A DNA stretch of 64,000 bases from Klebsormidium nitens (lineage: Eukaryota > Plantae > Klebsormidiophyceae). A program made the position numbers and the translations under genes. Shown here piece after piece: positions 61,001-64,000 of the stretch. Every line of letters starts with the position of its first letter. Position 1 is the stretch's first letter. The notes beneath the pieces are model-generated. The model did no database searches and was not told where the DNA came from. It was given only the letters and a program-made list of their open reading frames with translations. The DNA lies in contig DF237185.1 of the NCBI GenBank assembly GCA_000708835.1, positions 68,024 to 132,023 on the forward strand. The letters are read 5' to 3'.

Positions 61001-63482
61001 GTCGGACGTCGGGACCTGCGAAGCAGGACAGAAGACGGCGTCCGAGAGTGAAACAAAAGGCACCAAAAGAGAGCGTTCATGTGAGTGATATCGGACTAAT
61101 TTTATCAAACGCGCAACATTTTGTGTATGGAAAAGAGGGCGGAACGTTTTAGAGACGGACGTCGACAAAAGGACTAAATAGTGCCCGCTGGCTCGCGGAC
61201 GTGGTAAGAGTCGGCCTCCTCCCACATTGACAACGCTCAGCATCCAACCTCCGAGATTGGCGCTTCGAGTTCTGGTGTTAACGACCGGCTCACGGGGAGT
61301 TGGAAGCATCCGAAAACCCGTAACTTCCCACTGGGTGAGTGCCTGAGGATTCGTTGAAATCATTCTTGCGGTCTTTTCGGTCCTACAAGTCCGTTGCAAA
61401 TCATCCCGCCTTGCAATAATAAACTCCTGACCGTCTAGAAAGAAAGGTGTCGCGAGGTTTGCGGTCTTACGATGATGTAATAGTTGACCATGTAGAAGAA
61501 GGTGCACGCCAGGTTGATGTACAGGCTCGGCACGTGGAACCGCTCCGCCTCCTCTTCTGGCGTCAGGTCCACGTCACGGTGCTGCAACAAGATGACGTCA
61601 CGGTTTGAAACGTACCCGACATTGTTAAATTCTCAGATATGCATCTCCACGTTCAACTCAAGAAGGACCCATGGTAATATAGCTGGTACCTCGCAATCAT
61701 ATTCCTGCTTTGAGCTGTAATTGGCAGCTGCTTTAACACTTGACCCACCCGGACTGCTGGTACGAGGAATGCCAGGGGGTCCTTGCGGCCGGTTCCAAAA
61801 GGTGGGGTACCGAAAAAGAATCCCCCCGCCATGAACCACTGAAAGTGCAAGACCTCTGCCAGCTGTTTCTGCTCAATCTTGGCTCTCCCGTTTCGAACCA
61901 ACAGACAATCGAGTACAAGGCAGAGGCCATGAAAATTTTGGCGCATACCTGCATGGGCGTCTCCAGGTCGATGAGAAGCCCCACCGCCGTGAACCGCTGG
62001 AAATTCCAGAGTTCCGCCAGCTGTTCCCGCTCTTCTTGGATCTCCCGCAACACCGGCTCGTCCTCCGATGGGGGTGCCAGAGTTGCGCGGCGGAAGAGCG
62101 CGAAGGAGGTCGTACGATGGGGCATCAGCTGCTGTGTCCGGAGCTCTTCGAGGTTGCGGGTCATCGCGCCAACCAGTGCGCCGACGCCCTGACAAAGACG
62201 AGTTTGATAAAGGAGGGTTAGTTGCTGGGTTGAGTGAGGGTAATGGAAGGGTTAAGATGATGGGGGCACGGAAGGGCGCAGAGGAGGTGGTGCAATGAGG
62301 CATCAGCTGCTGTGTCCGGAGCTCTTCGAGGTTGCGGGTCATTGCGCCAACCAGTGCGCCGACGCCCTGATAGTGAGAAGGTGAAGGGAGGGTTAAGAGG
62401 AGATCAGCAATGGGGTTAAGATGATGTGTGCACGGAAGAGCGCGAAGGAGGTCGTACGATGCAGCATCAGTTGCTGGGTTCGAAGCTCCTCGAGGTTGCG
62501 GGTCATTGCGCCAACGAATGCGCCGACGCCCTGATGATGAGAAGGTGAAGGGAGGGTTAAGAGGAAGTCAACAAAGGGGTTAAGATGATGTGTGCACGGA
62601 AGAGGGAAGATGCAAAGGAAGTGGTGCAATCAGGCATCAGTCAACCAGTGCGCCGACGCCCTGGCAAAGACGACGTCATTGAAGGAGCATTAATAGCTGA
62701 GTTAAGTGAAGGTCGTGGAAGGGTTATGATGGGTGCACGATGAGCGCGAAAGGAGTAGTGGGGTGAGGCATCCGCTGCTTTGTGCAAAGTTCTTCACGGT
62801 GGCGGGTTATCGCGCCAACCAGTGCCCCAACGCCCTGGGAGAGGAGGTGAAGGGAGGCTTGAGTGGAGGTAACAAAAAGAGGTTAAGATGATGGGTGCAG
62901 AAAAGGCGCATACGAGGTCGTTTGATGAGGCAAGATCCTCGAGGTTGCAGTTAATGGCGCCAACCAATGCGCTGACGCCCTGAAAGAGGTGATGGGAACA
63001 AGGAGGAAAAGGGGTTCTGGAAAAGGACTACATGACGGGTTGAGACAGTGAAAGGTTGACAATATGAAGGTTTAGGAGAGCGCAAGGAAGTCATGCGGTG
63101 GGATACTAGCCGGCTGTGTGCAAAGTTCCTCGAGTTGCGTATTCTTGCGGTGGCCGAAGCCCTGAAAAAGACGAGGCCGGCGCTCTAAACCGCGACTGTT
63201 CTCTTCTACAGCCAAAAAACCTCAAATGAATCCGACCTATATTCCGCCAGTTGCGGACGAAGCACTTAAACCGGGTACGGGGCACTTGAAACAAGGGGTA
63301 TTCACACCCACCGTGGTACGGAACAGCTGCTGGAGCTGTGAATACGGCCCCTGGCCCCGGGACGCGACGTACTGCTCCATGACGCGCACGCCCAGGTTCT
63401 TCTCGAACTTCTTGATGATCTTGCGCAGGCCCGTCAGGTTCAGCTTCACGAACCTGAGCAGCCGCAGCAGCTCGTAACCCAC
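55032..63482 (-). CDS. SPX-MFS: SPX-MFS (PHT5/VPT-type) vacuolar phosphate transporter; 5' exons lie beyond the window
   Basis: In-frame exons 63482-63312, 62188-61949, 61581-61471, 61015-60906, 60662-60523, 59606-59542, 59161-58964, 57868-57656, 56328-56138, 55813-55674 and 55279-55032. SPX motif FVKLNLTGLRKIIKKFEK. MFS motifs WSNRSY..PL, GARAINRRYIAD, ASAAFVSASAFGMAAGP, YFMLKF..E.L.SESS and RLSKGTYNCGLLSTEAGTLAR. Confidence 0.95.
55830..57130 (-). repeat. Acceptor-side echoes of two SPX-MFS exons
   Basis: Copies of the 55813 acceptor near 55905, 56000 and 56088. Four copies of CCAG|GTGACTTTG (the 56328 acceptor) with AG at 56467, 56643, 56971 and 57122. Confidence 0.9.
57990..58135 (-). 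repeat. Single long acceptor-side echo of exon 57868-57656 (EPHRPDPT...)
   Basis: About 31 codons align with the exon start. AG at 58122-58123. The frame runs into a stop. Confidence 0.9.
62191..63170 (-). repeat. Six-copy acceptor-side echo array of exon 62188-61949
   Basis: CAG|GG copies with AG at 62367, 62531, 62661, 62835, 62980 and 63162, each followed by a decaying copy of GVGALVGAMTRNLEEL. Confidence 0.92.
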
Positions 63483-63484
63483 CT

Positions 63485-64000
63485 GAGGTTTAAAAGATTA
63501 ATTGTCAAACAGTGGATTTCAGCCTTTAGGAAAGAAGAAGAACTTGTGGGGCTAAGGTCTCAAACATTTGGTCGTTCTGGGTTCTCTTGATGATCTTGCG
63601 CAAGCCCGTCAGGTTCAGCTTCACGAATCTGAGTAGCCGCAACAGCTCGTAACCGACCTGTTCAACAATATAAAGCAAGCAATTTTAGCGAAACAATAGA
63701 ATATAAAGGATTGGGTATTGAAAGCTGGTTAAACCCTTCGAAAATCTTATGATGGCCTCTCCGGTTGACATGAGAAGGCGCAACAACTCGTAACCCACCT
63801 TGAGTTTCAAAGAGTATGTCTCCTAACAACAGACTAGGTAGCTTTCTAAAAAGGAACTGAAGGAAAAGAAGCTTTCTCTCGTGTCCCATCATTTTTGAGA
63901 TTCTTGATGATCTTGCGCAGGCCAGTCACATTCAGCTTGACGAACCGGAGCCGTCGCAACAGCTCGTAACCGATCTGTTTTAGGCAAGGATTACTATGAT
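63485..64000 (-). repeat. Three acceptor-side echoes of the SPX exon 63482-63312
   Basis: Copies of AG|(G/A)T(G/C)GGTTACGAG with AG at 63658, 63799 (short) and 63975. Confidence 0.9.

Noticed and set aside
62191-63170. Dscam-style mutually exclusive exon cluster
   Set aside because: The copies cover only the 5' part of the exon, I found no matching in-phase donors, and read-through frameshifts or stops. They are not full alternative exons.

Overview
Eukaryotic nuclear DNA with GT-AG introns and GC3-rich exons. It is inferred to be a streptophyte alga (Klebsormidium-like) from plant-type genes, composition and intron structure. Hand-built spliced models: the 3' part of a Dpy-30 protein (+); an ankyrin-repeat protein whose large upstream exon is probably the 7377-9586 ORF (-); a C2-domain tail-anchored protein (+); a Crinkler-like protein with a possible Ubl header, a REase-like domain and a FunK1 kinase (-), divergent from tRNA-Arg(ACG) (+); plastid TatB/HCF106 (+); a 15-exon KUP/HAK/KT K+ transporter (-) containing a 401-N assembly gap; an At4g28440-like OB-fold protein (+); and the 3' part of an SPX-MFS/PHT5-type vacuolar phosphate transporter (-). 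A 654-bp TTAA-flanked MITE with palindromic subterminal repeats lies at 49319-49972. The most striking unexplained signal is pervasive 'splice-junction echoes'. At least 16 exon boundaries in four genes have 1-6 degenerate tandem copies of the junction (splice site plus exon edge) stacked into the neighbouring intron. These copies keep their AG/GT, several differ from the real exon only at synonymous sites, and some form AG|GT recursive-splice-like sites. All models and alignments were read by eye; no searches or expression data were available.
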